A DNA stretch of 64,000 nt from Nitrospirota bacterium (GCA_963721805.1 CAVRJY010000005.1:33309-97308), one strand, 5' to 3'. Positions 9,174 to 18,723 are shown, counted from the stretch's first letter. Notes: generated by a model from the sequence alone, not told the origin. Numbers and translations are program-made.

Positions 9174-10321
9174 TCGAGCCGCTGCTGCAGGACGTCGAGA
9201 AGTGCGTCAAGTGCGGGGGCTGCAAGGCGATCTGTCCGACCTTTGAAAGCGGGCTGAGCGAGGCGCTCTCGGCGCGCGGCCGGATGATGATTCTCAGAGA
9301 CCTTTACAAGGGCAACCTCAAGCCGGACCCCGCCTTGCGCGACCGCATCTGGAGCTGCCTGCTGTGCGGGCTTTGCGAGTCGGCATGCCCGGCCGGGGTT
9401 CAGGTGACCTCGGCGATCTACCGCGGCCGCAAGCGCATGGTCGGCCGCGACTTCAAGCGCCTGCCCCAGAGGCTGATCGCCCGCCACGTACTGAACTCGC
9501 ACGCGAGGATGGGCATGGCGCTGGGCGCGATGCGCCACCTCATGCCTTACCTCAGGCGCAAGGGGATCATCCCGTTTGACCTCGAGGTCGCGGACGCCCC
9601 GCTTCGAAGCGGGCCGCAGGTGATCAAGCCCAAAAAGAAAAAAGGCCGCGTCGCGATATTCACCGGCTGCGCGACTAACTTTCTGATGCCGCACCTCGGC
9701 GACTCCCTGATCCGCATACTGTATGGTTTGGGCTACGAGGTCGTGCTCCCGGCCGGGGAGGTCTGCTGCGGCGCGCCGCACCGCTCGCTCGGGATGGAGC
9801 GCTCGTTCCAGAAGCTCGCCAAGCGCAACGTCGCGGTCTTCTCTCGGCTGAAGGCCGACGCGGTCGTGAGCCTCTGCCCGACCTGCACGCTCATGATAAA
9901 AAAGCACTACTCCGAGGCGTTCGAGCAGGGCATCCCAAACGCGATGGACGCGCTTGCCTTCCTCTCGGACAAGATCAAGCTCCCGGACGAGACGCCGGAG
10001 GGCGGCTCGGTGATGTACCATCCGCCGTGCCACCTCGCATACGGCCTCGGCGTCAAGCGCGAGCCCGTAAATCTCCTGACCTCGCTTAACTATACCGTGG
10101 CTGAGCCCTCGGAGCCCGGCTGCTGCGGGTTCGGGCTGAGCATGACGCACGCGAAGCTCTCGGAGGGCATCCTCAACATGCGCGAGGAGCAGTACCGGAA
10201 GGCGGATACCCTAGTCACGGCATGCCCCGGATGCATGCTGCAACTCGAACGCATACGCGGCAATGTACGCCACGTGATCGAGCTGATCGATGAATCGTTA
10301 GGCGGGGCGAGGCTCTTTTAG
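9170..10321 (+). CDS. (Fe-S)-binding oxidoreductase subunit, GlcF/CCG-domain family
   Basis: Two CxxCxxCxxxCP motifs, two CCG motifs, CPGC. Confidence 0.85.
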   Translation: MIEPLLQDVEKCVKCGGCKAICPTFESGLSEALSARGRMMILRDLYKGNLKPDPALRDRIWSCLLCGLCESACPAGVQVTSAIYRGRKRMVGRDFKRLPQRLIARHVLNSHARMGMALGAMRHLMPYLRRKGIIPFDLEVADAPLRSGPQVIKPKKKKGRVAIFTGCATNFLMPHLGDSLIRILYGLGYEVVLPAGEVCCGAPHRSLGMERSFQKLAKRNVAVFSRLKADAVVSLCPTCTLMIKKHYSEAFEQGIPNAMDALAFLSDKIKLPDETPEGGSVMYHPPCHLAYGLGVKREPVNLLTSLNYTVAEPSEPGCCGFGLSMTHAKLSEGILNMREEQYRKADTLVTACPGCMLQLERIRGNVRHVIELIDESLGGARLF

Positions 10322-10336
10322 GCTGCTATTCTCACC

Positions 10337-10464
10337 TTCTTCAAAGCGCTCCAAATCGCGTGATACGTCGTCAGTTCTCGAAAACTCGCCCTCGGAGTAC
10401 ATCACAGTACACCTCCGGGCGGTCTTCTTGCCCTGCCTTGTCTGAAGACGATTTGGCGCGCTTT
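10337..10464 (+). repeat. repeat A copy 3 (core only)
   Basis: AAAGCGCTCCAAATCG...GTACATCACAGTAC...CGATTTGGCGCGCTTT. Confidence 0.9.
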
Positions 10465-10498
10465 CCTAAGAGTACCGGCTGGCTGTATAATAATCTCC

Positions 10499-13400
10499 AT
10501 GGGTATGCTGCATTTGTATAGGACACCTGCGCTCACTCAGGGCCAGGCTGCGTCACTCATCGAGTCTCTCGCCAATGCGGGCCACGAGGTCAGCGCCATA
10601 ACCGCCGAATACTGCTTCAATTGCTGGTGCACCGGCACCCTGGATGCCGCCGAGCAGGAGCGGCTTACATGGCTGCTGAGCGAGACCTTCGAGCCGGAGA
10701 ATTTCTCGGCCAACTCGTTCCTCTCGGGCGATGTTATCGAGGTAGGCCCGAGGCTGAATTTCCAGACCACGTGGAGCGCCAATGCGGTCTCGATCGCCCG
10801 CGCGACCGGGGTCACGCATGTCACGCGCATCGAGCGCTCGCGGAGGTATCTGCTCGAGGGCGCGGATGCGGCAGGCCGCGCCGCGTTTACCGCGATGGTG
10901 CACGACCGCATGACCGAGACCCCGTATCCCGCCCCGCTTCAGAGCTTCGAAAGCGGGATCGTGCCGGAGCCGGTCACGGTAGTGCCGGTGATCGAGCAGG
11001 GCCCGGAGGCGCTTCGCGAACTCAACCGCCGGATGGGCCTCGGGCTCGATGACTGGGACATAGAGTATTACCACAACCTCTTCGTGAACGTGATGAAGCG
11101 CAACCCGACCACGGTCGAGTGCTTCGACCTGGGGCAGTCCAACAGCGAGCACTCTAGGCACTGGTTCTTCAAGGGCGATCTCGTTATAGATGGCGAGCGG
11201 ATGCCGGAAAACCTGATGCAGATAGTCGGCGGCCCGATCCGCACGCAGGGAACTACGAACAGCGTGATCGCGTTTAGCGACAACTCAAGCGCGATACGCG
11301 GGTTTAAGATAAACACCCTCCTGCCCGAAACTCCGGGTACGCCCGGCGCGATGGTCGAGGCTCAGAGGGAGTACCACCCCACGTTCACGGCCGAGACGCA
11401 CAACTTCCCGACCGGGGTCGCGCCGTTTCCGGGCGCGGAGACCGGCACGGGGGGCCGCATCCGCGACGTACAGGCGGTCGGGCGCGGCGGGCTCGTCGTG
11501 GCGGGCACGGCCGGGTATTGCGTCGGCAACCTCCACCTGCCCGGATACGTGCAGCCCTGGGAGGACGCGACATTTTCATATCCGGGCAACCTCGCAAGCC
11601 CGCTTAAGATCGAGATCTCGGCCTCTAACGGGGCTTCGGACTACGGCAACAAGTTCGGCGAGCCGCTGATACAGGGCTTTACCCGCGCGTTCGGCATGCG
11701 CCTTCCCAATGGCGAGCGCCGCGAGTGGATCAAGCCGATCATGTTCACCGGCGGAGTCGGACAGATGGACTCGGCCCACGTCGCGAAGGGCCAGCCGGAG
11801 CGGGGGATGCTCGTAGTCAAGGTCGGAGGCCCGGCGTTTCGGATCGGGATGGGCGGCGGCGCGGCATCGAGCATGCTCCAGGGCGAGAACTTAGAGGAAC
11901 TAGACTTCAATGCGGTGCAGCGCGGCGACGCCGAGATGGAGCAGAAGCTCAACCGCGCGATACGCGCGTGCATAGAGCTTGGCGATAAAAACCCGATAGT
12001 CAGCATCCACGATCAGGGCGCGGGCGGCAACTGTAACGTGCTGAAGGAACTCGTCGCCCCGGCCGGAGGGCGGATAGACATACGCAAGATCGAACTCGGG
12101 GACGCAACGCTCTCGGTGCTGGAGATATGGGGCGCGGAGTATCAGGAGCAGGACGCGCTGCTGCTGCGGCCCCAGGACGGCCCGCTGTTTGAGGCGATAT
12201 GCCGGCGCGAGAAGGTCCCGGTCGCGTTCGTGGGCGAGATCACCGGAGACGGCCGCGTCGTCGTCTGGGACAGCAAGGATAACTCTACTCCGGTGAGCCT
12301 CGATCTCAGGCACGTGCTTGCGGAGATGCCGTCGAAGACATTTACGATAACGAGGCAGAAGCCGTTATTGAAAGCCCCGGAGCTTCCGGCCTCGCTCACT
12401 CTAAAGGACGCGCTCGGCCGCGTGCTCAGGCTCGTAAGCGTCGGCTCTAAGCGGTTCCTCACGAACAAGGTGGACCGAAGCGTAACTGGATTAATAGCCC
12501 GGCAGCAGTGCGCCGGGCCTCTGGGGCTCACGGTCGCGGACGTGGCGGTCATTGCCCAGAGCCATTTCGGCACCACCGGGGCCGCGATCTCGATAGGCGA
12601 GCAGCCGATTAAAGGCCTAATCAATCCCTCAGCCATGGCCCGCATGAGCGTGGCCGAAGCGCTGACGAATATCGTTTGGGCTCCGATTACCAGGATCGAG
12701 GATATAAAGGCCTCGGGCAACTGGATGTGGGCCGCGAAGCTACCCGGCGAGGGCGCGCTGATATACGACGCGGCGGTCGCGCTCAGAGACGTGATGATCG
12801 AGTTGGGCATCGCGATAGACGGCGGCAAAGACAGTTTATCCATGGCCGCGCGCGATAACGCGACCGGCGAGATGGTCAAGTCGCCCGGAACTCTCGTCAT
12901 TTCGGCATACGCCCCCGCGACCGACATCACGAAGGTTGTGACGCCGGACATAAAACATCCGGGCGGAAGCGTGCTGCTGCATGTCGATCTGGCAAAGGGC
13001 CAACGCCGCATCGGCGGCTCGGCGCTCCTGCAGTGCTTTAACCAGTTTGGCGATGAAAGCCCTGACATAGAAGATGCTGGCATCCTCCGCCGCGCGTTCG
13101 GGGCAGTGCAGGCGATGATTAAAGAAGGCGTCGTGCTCGCGGGCCACGACATCAGCGACGGCGGGCTGATAGTGGCCGCGCTGGAGATGGCGTTTTCAGG
13201 AAACTGCGGGCTTGCGCTTAATATGGCCCTCATGGACGACGATCCCATACAGGCGCTGTTCAGCGAGGAGGCCGGGCTGCTGATCGAGGCCGATGCGCAG
13301 GACGCCGAGCAGATTATCAACGCGCTCGGAGACGAGGGCGTTCAGTGCAACCTCATAGGCCGCACCGTGGCCGACGACAACGTGACGGTCATAGTGGAAG

Positions 13401-14386
13401 GCCGCACGCTTTTGTGCGAGCCGATGACCGCCCTGCGCGCGGACTGGGAGGAGACGGGCTACCGCTTAGAGCGGCTCCAGTGCGACCCCTCATGCGCTGA
13501 CGAGGAATCGCGCAACATAATGCAGAGGCAGGGCCCGCGGTTCTCGGTGGGCTTCAAGCCCGCATTGACCGAGCCTCCGGCAGTGCGGCCCAAGGTCGCG
13601 ATCATCCGCGAGGAGGGCAGCAACTCCGACCGCGAGATGTCATCGGCGTTCTACATGGCCGGGTTCGAGCCCTGGGACATCACGATCACGGACCTGATGG
13701 ACGGGCGCGCCACGCTCGACGCCATGCGCGGGGTCGCGTTCGTAGGCGGCTTCAGCTACGCCGACGTGCTCGACTCGGCGAAGGGCTGGGCCGGGACTAT
13801 ACGTTTTAACGCGCGCACGCGTGAGGAGTTCGACCGCTTCTACGCGAGGCCGGACACCTTCAGCCTCGGCGTCTGCAACGGCTGCCAGCTTATGGCGCTG
13901 CTTGGGTGGGTTCCATGGCGCGGGATAGCGGACGCGGCTCAGCCCCGGTTTATTCACAACCGCTCGGGCCGGTTCGAGAGCCGCTTCAGCACGGTAAAGA
14001 TATTTAACAGCCCCGCGATGATGCTTCGGGGGATGGAGGGCTCGGTGCTCGGCATATGGGTCGCGCACGGCGAGGGGATGCTGCATTTTCCGGACCGCGA
14101 GATATACAATAAAGCTATGGCTATGGACCTTGCGCCGGTGCGGTTCGTGGACGACGCAGGGGAGCCGACCGAGGCGTATCCCTTCAACCCTAACGGCTCG
14201 CCGCTTGGGATCACCGCACTGTGCTCCCCGGACGGCCGGCACCTCGCTCTGATGCCGCATCCGGAGAGATCGTTCCTCGCGTGGCAGTGGGCCTGGATGC
14301 CGGAGCAATGGAGGCGAGAGATGAAGGTATCGCCGTGGCTGAAGTTATTCCAGAATGCGAGGCAGTGGTGCTTGAGCCAATCATGA
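10499..14386 (+). CDS. purL: phosphoribosylformylglycinamidine synthase, large single-chain type
   Basis: SNSEHSRH, ETHNFPT, HDQGAGG, DGGKDSLSM, glutaminase GVCNGCQ and MPHPER; 1295 aa. Confidence 0.97.
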   Translation: MGMLHLYRTPALTQGQAASLIESLANAGHEVSAITAEYCFNCWCTGTLDAAEQERLTWLLSETFEPENFSANSFLSGDVIEVGPRLNFQTTWSANAVSIARATGVTHVTRIERSRRYLLEGADAAGRAAFTAMVHDRMTETPYPAPLQSFESGIVPEPVTVVPVIEQGPEALRELNRRMGLGLDDWDIEYYHNLFVNVMKRNPTTVECFDLGQSNSEHSRHWFFKGDLVIDGERMPENLMQIVGGPIRTQGTTNSVIAFSDNSSAIRGFKINTLLPETPGTPGAMVEAQREYHPTFTAETHNFPTGVAPFPGAETGTGGRIRDVQAVGRGGLVVAGTAGYCVGNLHLPGYVQPWEDATFSYPGNLASPLKIEISASNGASDYGNKFGEPLIQGFTRAFGMRLPNGERREWIKPIMFTGGVGQMDSAHVAKGQPERGMLVVKVGGPAFRIGMGGGAASSMLQGENLEELDFNAVQRGDAEMEQKLNRAIRACIELGDKNPIVSIHDQGAGGNCNVLKELVAPAGGRIDIRKIELGDATLSVLEIWGAEYQEQDALLLRPQDGPLFEAICRREKVPVAFVGEITGDGRVVVWDSKDNSTPVSLDLRHVLAEMPSKTFTITRQKPLLKAPELPASLTLKDALGRVLRLVSVGSKRFLTNKVDRSVTGLIARQQCAGPLGLTVADVAVIAQSHFGTTGAAISIGEQPIKGLINPSAMARMSVAEALTNIVWAPITRIEDIKASGNWMWAAKLPGEGALIYDAAVALRDVMIELGIAIDGGKDSLSMAARDNATGEMVKSPGTLVISAYAPATDITKVVTPDIKHPGGSVLLHVDLAKGQRRIGGSALLQCFNQFGDESPDIEDAGILRRAFGAVQAMIKEGVVLAGHDISDGGLIVAALEMAFSGNCGLALNMALMDDDPIQALFSEEAGLLIEADAQDAEQIINALGDEGVQCNLIGRTVADDNVTVIVEGRTLLCEPMTALRADWEETGYRLERLQCDPSCADEESRNIMQRQGPRFSVGFKPALTEPPAVRPKVAIIREEGSNSDREMSSAFYMAGFEPWDITITDLMDGRATLDAMRGVAFVGGFSYADVLDSAKGWAGTIRFNARTREEFDRFYARPDTFSLGVCNGCQLMALLGWVPWRGIADAAQPRFIHNRSGRFESRFSTVKIFNSPAMMLRGMEGSVLGIWVAHGEGMLHFPDREIYNKAMAMDLAPVRFVDDAGEPTEAYPFNPNGSPLGITALCSPDGRHLALMPHPERSFLAWQWAWMPEQWRREMKVSPWLKLFQNARQWCLSQS

Positions 14387-14709
14387 GATCGCTTCTGGCA
14401 TTCATACTCTTGCTCATCCTACTGACTGCCGGTACCGCGCTTGCGGTGGCGCCCGAGAAGTCGGTCGACTACGACGGCGGGATTCTCGGGATGGTCACGT
14501 TTTCGGGCAGGACGCACGCGGATGCGGGCCTTAGGTGCGACGACTGCCACACGCGCATATTCCCGAGGCTCAGCGGGGCCGGACATATGACCAGCCGCGA
14601 CCATATCAAGGAACTGCTCTGCGGAGTCTGCCACAACGGCAAGAGGGCGTTTAGCGTTAATGAAGAGTCGGCCTGCGACAAGTGCCATCAGCGCAATCCG
14701 GGGCCGTAA
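14383..14709 (+). CDS. periplasmic triheme cytochrome c (c7-like)
   Basis: Signal peptide; three CxxCH (CDDCH, CGVCH, CDKCH); ATGA overlap with purL. Confidence 0.85.
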   Translation: MRSLLAFILLLILLTAGTALAVAPEKSVDYDGGILGMVTFSGRTHADAGLRCDDCHTRIFPRLSGAGHMTSRDHIKELLCGVCHNGKRAFSVNEESACDKCHQRNPGP

Positions 14710-14737
14710 TTCACCACATCATTCCTGTCCGATAGAT

Positions 14738-14930
14738 CTTCTAAAGTCGCGCTAAATACGCGTGATACGTCGTCACCGTTCGAAAAACGATCCTCGAAGT
14801 ATGTCCATATACGACTGCGGGGGTCACAGACCCCTCCTGTAAAGAAAAAGGTGCCCATGGCACCCCTAGTCTGACGCGATTTATCGCGCTTTAAAGTGGT
14901 CATTGCATAATCGTGCGAGCGGTCAACGGC
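14738..14930 (+). repeat. repeat A copy 4 (with internal hairpin modules)
   Basis: AAAGTCGCGCTAAAT...ATTTATCGCGCTTT; tail TCGTGCGAGCGGTCAACGGC. Confidence 0.85.
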
Positions 14931-14973
14931 ATTGATTAGAGCATTTCGATTGCTGATTTGATATAATCGGGAT

Positions 14974-15201
14974 ATGAGGAAGATCAAGATAACCGCCGAG
15001 CTGTTGCCTGCCGAGGAAGGCGGCTTCGTGGTGTATTGCCCCGAACTCGACATAACCACCGAGGGCGAGACCGCCGAGGAGGCAATCGCGATGCTCAAGG
15101 ATGCCGCGCTTGGGTATGTCGAGGTCACGGGCATCGAGAACATCCCCCATTTTTCCGCTAATACCGTCCGGGAAGAGCTTGAACTCGTGGTGAATGGCTA
15201 A
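14974..15201 (+). CDS. hicB: HicB-family antitoxin
   Basis: EEGGFVVYCPEL..TEGETAEEA motif. Confidence 0.85.
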   Translation: MRKIKITAELLPAEEGGFVVYCPELDITTEGETAEEAIAMLKDAALGYVEVTGIENIPHFSANTVREELELVVNG

Positions 15202-15442
15202 AGCGCCTTCCGTCAGCGGCAAGGAGCTGTCCGCTGTGCTTGAGAGGGAGGGCTTCAAGCTCGTAAGGCAGACCGGAAGCCACAGGATATATCAGAAGCA
15301 GACCGAAGAAGGCACAATTACAATCCCCGTCCCGGTGCATTCGAACAAGCCGCTTAAGAAAGGCACCCTCCACGCGATCATCAAGAAAGCCGGAATCACG
15401 ATGGAGAGACTTTCGTTCCTGCTCGCGATCCTGTTCGGCTAG
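15194..15442 (+). CDS. hicA: HicA-family toxin
   Basis: GF...RQTGSH, VPVH, LKKGTL..I motifs. Confidence 0.88.
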   Translation: MAKAPSVSGKELSAVLEREGFKLVRQTGSHRIYQKQTEEGTITIPVPVHSNKPLKKGTLHAIIKKAGITMERLSFLLAILFG

Positions 15443-15452
15443 GGGGCAGCGC

Positions 15453-15519
15453 CCCTTGGCTGCCGAAATTTATCGCGCTTTGATGTAGCTTATGCCTAAC
15501 CGTGCGAGCGGTCAACGGC
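15453..15519 (+). repeat. repeat A copy 5 (3' fragment plus tail)
   Basis: ATTTATCGCGCTTT...CGTGCGAGCGGTCAACGGC. Confidence 0.8.
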
Positions 15520-15533
15520 ATGTTGAGGCTACC

Positions 15534-16358
15534 TCATTCAGCGGTTGACCAAGCAGCGTAATACGTGTCGTTCAAGTAATTTGCAAGCTTGTTGGTCCCA
15601 TCAACAAACTGCTTCCATACCTGTCGAGTTTCAACAAGCAGAAAATCCAACTCAAAATCAGGAGGTTGTTGTCCAGGGATTGCCAATAATTTGCCTTTTT
15701 CTTGCTGTATTGGTGCTATCTGAGTCTCCTTAGGCCAATCCACATATGGTGTCTCATTGTGGACAAATTCATGTCGATATGTTTTCATCAGCTTTCTTGT
15801 TTCTTCTGAATCGAAACATTCATAAAGCAGACTGCACAATTCAGGGTTCTTCTTATTGGCTTTCTTGCAATATATTGAGAAAGACATTTTCTGTTTATTT
15901 GTTTCTGTATTGATAAAACATAATTTAGCATGCGAGTTCAGTAACCATGCGAGCTTTTCACGATAAGAATGTAGCCTGAATATCGCATTATCCAAGTAAT
16001 ATTTCGAATAAAACCAAGCTTCGCCACAGAACGATTTCGAATCCACAAAATCAAGGAATTCAGCACACTGACTTTTTGTCTTTTGCTCATTAAGGTATCT
16101 TGACCAAGCTAAGGCCCAACTGAGACTAACAGCTATAGAGCTTCCACAGTTGTAGACTTGTCTCCACCATTTTGGAATATTATTTACATCACAGTAAAAC
16201 TCAATAGAATCGAGAGCGGGACGCTTCAGAATATTACCTAGAGAAATCCTGCCTTTTGGCAGTGGCAAACTGTCCCAGTCAGTATTTTCAATTTTTAAGG
16301 ATGTTGCGTATTCGGCAACTATACGGAGTCTATCAAGGTAGGCTTCTTTTTCATCCAT
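15534..16358 (-). CDS. HEPN-domain protein (Cthe_2314-like), putative defence RNase
   Basis: AT-rich; DNAIFRLHSYREKLAWLLN helix; RxxxxH motif RHEFVH. Confidence 0.65.
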   Translation of the reverse strand: MDEKEAYLDRLRIVAEYATSLKIENTDWDSLPLPKGRISLGNILKRPALDSIEFYCDVNNIPKWWRQVYNCGSSIAVSLSWALAWSRYLNEQKTKSQCAEFLDFVDSKSFCGEAWFYSKYYLDNAIFRLHSYREKLAWLLNSHAKLCFINTETNKQKMSFSIYCKKANKKNPELCSLLYECFDSEETRKLMKTYRHEFVHNETPYVDWPKETQIAPIQQEKGKLLAIPGQQPPDFELDFLLVETRQVWKQFVDGTNKLANYLNDTYYAAWSTAE

Positions 16359-16388
16359 CTTTCTTCCCTCTCGGCCACCAGCAAAACC

Positions 16389-16610
16389 TTACGTCAGCAG
16401 GCTCGCCACAGAGATGTCCTCGTCGATCTCTTCCCAGTGTATGCCGATTCCCCGGCCTATGAGGCGCCATCCGGCGCGCTGGGCCTCGGACGCGTCACGG
16501 AGCCTAGGGAACCACTCGAACGGGACACTTATCTGCCGGCCGTCTAGGAGGCGCACATGCAACATATCGTTATCGAACCATACGGCGTTTGCTATATGAG
16601 CAGTAGACAT
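16389..16610 (-). CDS. DUF2442-family protein
   Basis: L.DGR.ISVP..WFPRL..A...QR..W......GIHWEEIDEDIS. Confidence 0.85.
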   Translation of the reverse strand: MSTAHIANAVWFDNDMLHVRLLDGRQISVPFEWFPRLRDASEAQRAGWRLIGRGIGIHWEEIDEDISVASLLT

Positions 16611-16675
16611 GAGTTGATTATACCACTTCGATTATTGCCGGCCGATTGTCCCCACTCACCGCTGAGCTGTGCCCC

Positions 16676-17036
16676 CTTCATTAACAATAGTTAATCGAAA
16701 GTTAATAGAAAACGCACAGGGCTCAATTTTTCCTATAACCTTCTGTTTATATATAAACCAAAGTTTGGCATTCTTTAGTGTATAGTGGTGACATGAGCAT
16801 GATAGAATCATATTTGATGGGCTGGACAGGCGAGGATGCAGGGTTCCGCACTTGTTCGGATAAATCGCTAAATACCGCTCTTTTTATCCGAACATCCGAA
16901 CAAGACGGACTCAGTGAAGCTATATATTCCGCAGGGTTAGCCTCGTTTTTGTCTCCAACATCCGAACAAAAAAGGCAAAAACGCGCGCGCACGCGCGCGG
17001 AATGCGTAACTATACCTAAGCGCGAACGTCCGAACA
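16676..17036 (+). repeat. repeat B copy 1 (iteron-like TCCGAACA array)
   Basis: Collinear with 33679-34040 and with the reverse complement of 54009-54363. Confidence 0.9.
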
Positions 17037-17037
17037 C

Positions 17038-17209
17038 GCCTTTGACCTCGTGGGGCGCGGGGGGCCTCCGTAATGTTCTCCCCCCGAAAGCGCGCCCAAA
17101 TCGGCTTCAGACAAGGCAGGGCGAGAAGACCGCCCGATGGTGTACTGTGACGTACATAGAGGGCGAGTCCTCGCAGCCCAACGCAGTATCAAGCGATTTG
17201 GCGCGCTTT
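17038..17209 (-). repeat. repeat A copy 6
   Basis: GCCTTTGACC...AAAGCGCGCCCAAATCG...GTACTGTGACGTAC...CGATTTGGCGCGCTTT. Confidence 0.9.
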
Positions 17210-17251
17210 GCACCTATTGCCAATAACGATTATTTTGAGTACCATATACCC

Positions 17252-18346
17252 ATGGTAATCGGCGTGCCGAAAGAGATCAAGCCCCAGGAGCACAGAGTGG
17301 CCCTCACGCCCGAGGGCGCGCGCGAACTGGTGCGCGAGGGCCACACAGTGCTGTGCGAGGCCTCGCTCGGCGAGGGCAGCGGATTTCGGGACATGGACTA
17401 TATCGCGGCGGGCGCGTCGATCGTGCCCAAGGAGGCGGTGTTCGCGGACGCCGCGCTCGTCATCAAGGTCAAGGAGCCGATACCCGAGGAGTTCCCGTTC
17501 CTGCGGCCCGGGCTTGCGCTCTTCACCTTCCTGCACCTCGCGGCCAACACCGCTCTGACGGACACGCTGATGCGGGGCCGCATCACAGCCCTTGCGTACG
17601 AGACGCTCACGCGCGGCGGCCGTTTCCCGCTCCTGATGCCGATGAGCGAGATAGCCGGGCGGATGGCCCCGATCATGGGGGCGCACTACATCCAGCGCAC
17701 CTATGGCGGAAGCGGCCTGCTGCCCTCTGGAGTGCCGGGCGTGGCCCCGGCGGGCATGCTCGTATTGGGCTCGGGCGTCGTAGGCTCAAACGCCGCGCGC
17801 GTCGCGGTTGGCCTCGGCATGGACGTGACCGTGCTCGGGCAGGACATCGCCCAGCTTCGCGAGATAGACCGCGAGCACTGTTTCAGGGTCAAGACGCGCG
17901 TGTTCTCGGACGAGGCGCTGGAGGAATGCCTCGCGCTGGCGGACGTCGTGGTAGGCGCGGTGCTCGTAAACGGGGAGCGCGCCCCGGTGCTCGTACGGCG
18001 CTCGATGCTCACTCTCATGAGGCGCGGCGCGGTCGTCGTGGACGTCTCGATAGACCAGGGCGGCTGCTTCGAGTCCTCGCACCCGACCACTCACGCCGAC
18101 CCCGTGTTCGTGGACTCGGGCGTGGTGCACTACTGTGTGGCGAACATGCCGGGCGCGTATCCTCACACCTCGACGCTCGCTCTGACGCATGCAACGCTGC
18201 CGTACATCAGGGCGCTCGCTTCAAAGGGCATAGAGGTCGCGATGAAGAAGGACGCGGAGCTCAGAAGCGCGCTTAACGCCTATGACGGGATGATTGCCCA
18301 CAGGGGGCTTGCGGAGTCGACCGGGCTGCCGTTTACGGAGTTTTAG
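17252..18346 (+). CDS. ald: alanine dehydrogenase
   Basis: IGVPKEIK..EHRVALTP, KVKEP, PMSEIAGR, IDQGGCFE, HYCVANMPGA. Confidence 0.95.
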   Translation: MVIGVPKEIKPQEHRVALTPEGARELVREGHTVLCEASLGEGSGFRDMDYIAAGASIVPKEAVFADAALVIKVKEPIPEEFPFLRPGLALFTFLHLAANTALTDTLMRGRITALAYETLTRGGRFPLLMPMSEIAGRMAPIMGAHYIQRTYGGSGLLPSGVPGVAPAGMLVLGSGVVGSNAARVAVGLGMDVTVLGQDIAQLREIDREHCFRVKTRVFSDEALEECLALADVVVGAVLVNGERAPVLVRRSMLTLMRRGAVVVDVSIDQGGCFESSHPTTHADPVFVDSGVVHYCVANMPGAYPHTSTLALTHATLPYIRALASKGIEVAMKKDAELRSALNAYDGMIAHRGLAESTGLPFTEF

Positions 18347-18719
18347 CCGGGTGCTTGCGCTGTAGTTCGGCCAGGGCCTGCAGCCTGCGCACATGCGGGT
18401 TTACGGCCAGCACCAGGAGGTTCAGCCCGGAGGATAGCGCGAAGAACAGGCCGGTCAGAAAGAGAGCGAGAGCGGAGCCTGCCATCACCGCGAAGACGAT
18501 CCACTTCGAGGCCCATACGAGCGCCCCGCCCTGGATCTTGAACTTGTAGAGGTAGTAGAGGTCGGGCTTGCCTGTCCACAGCACGTAGGCGAGCGAGGTC
18601 GAGAGTATCGCCGAGACGAGCATCGCCGCGGCGTCGCGGGCGAATATCCATACGTAGATCCCGCCGAGGCTGTGCCCGGCGGCCGCCTGCTTGAGCCTGC
18701 GCTTTATGCGGTCTTTCAT
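18333..18719 (-). CDS. hypothetical membrane protein
   Basis: Starts 5 nt after the nadE stop; hydrophobic segments. Confidence 0.55.
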   Translation of the reverse strand: MKDRIKRRLKQAAAGHSLGGIYVWIFARDAAAMLVSAILSTSLAYVLWTGKPDLYYLYKFKIQGGALVWASKWIVFAVMAGSALALFLTGLFFALSSGLNLLVLAVNPHVRRLQALAELQRKHPAKTP

Positions 18720-18723
18720 CTGG

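Noticed and set aside
10499..14386. Large single-chain PurL as a sign of unusual transfer
   Set aside because: The large form is widespread in Gram-negative bacteria, and composition here broadly resembles the neighbouring core genes.
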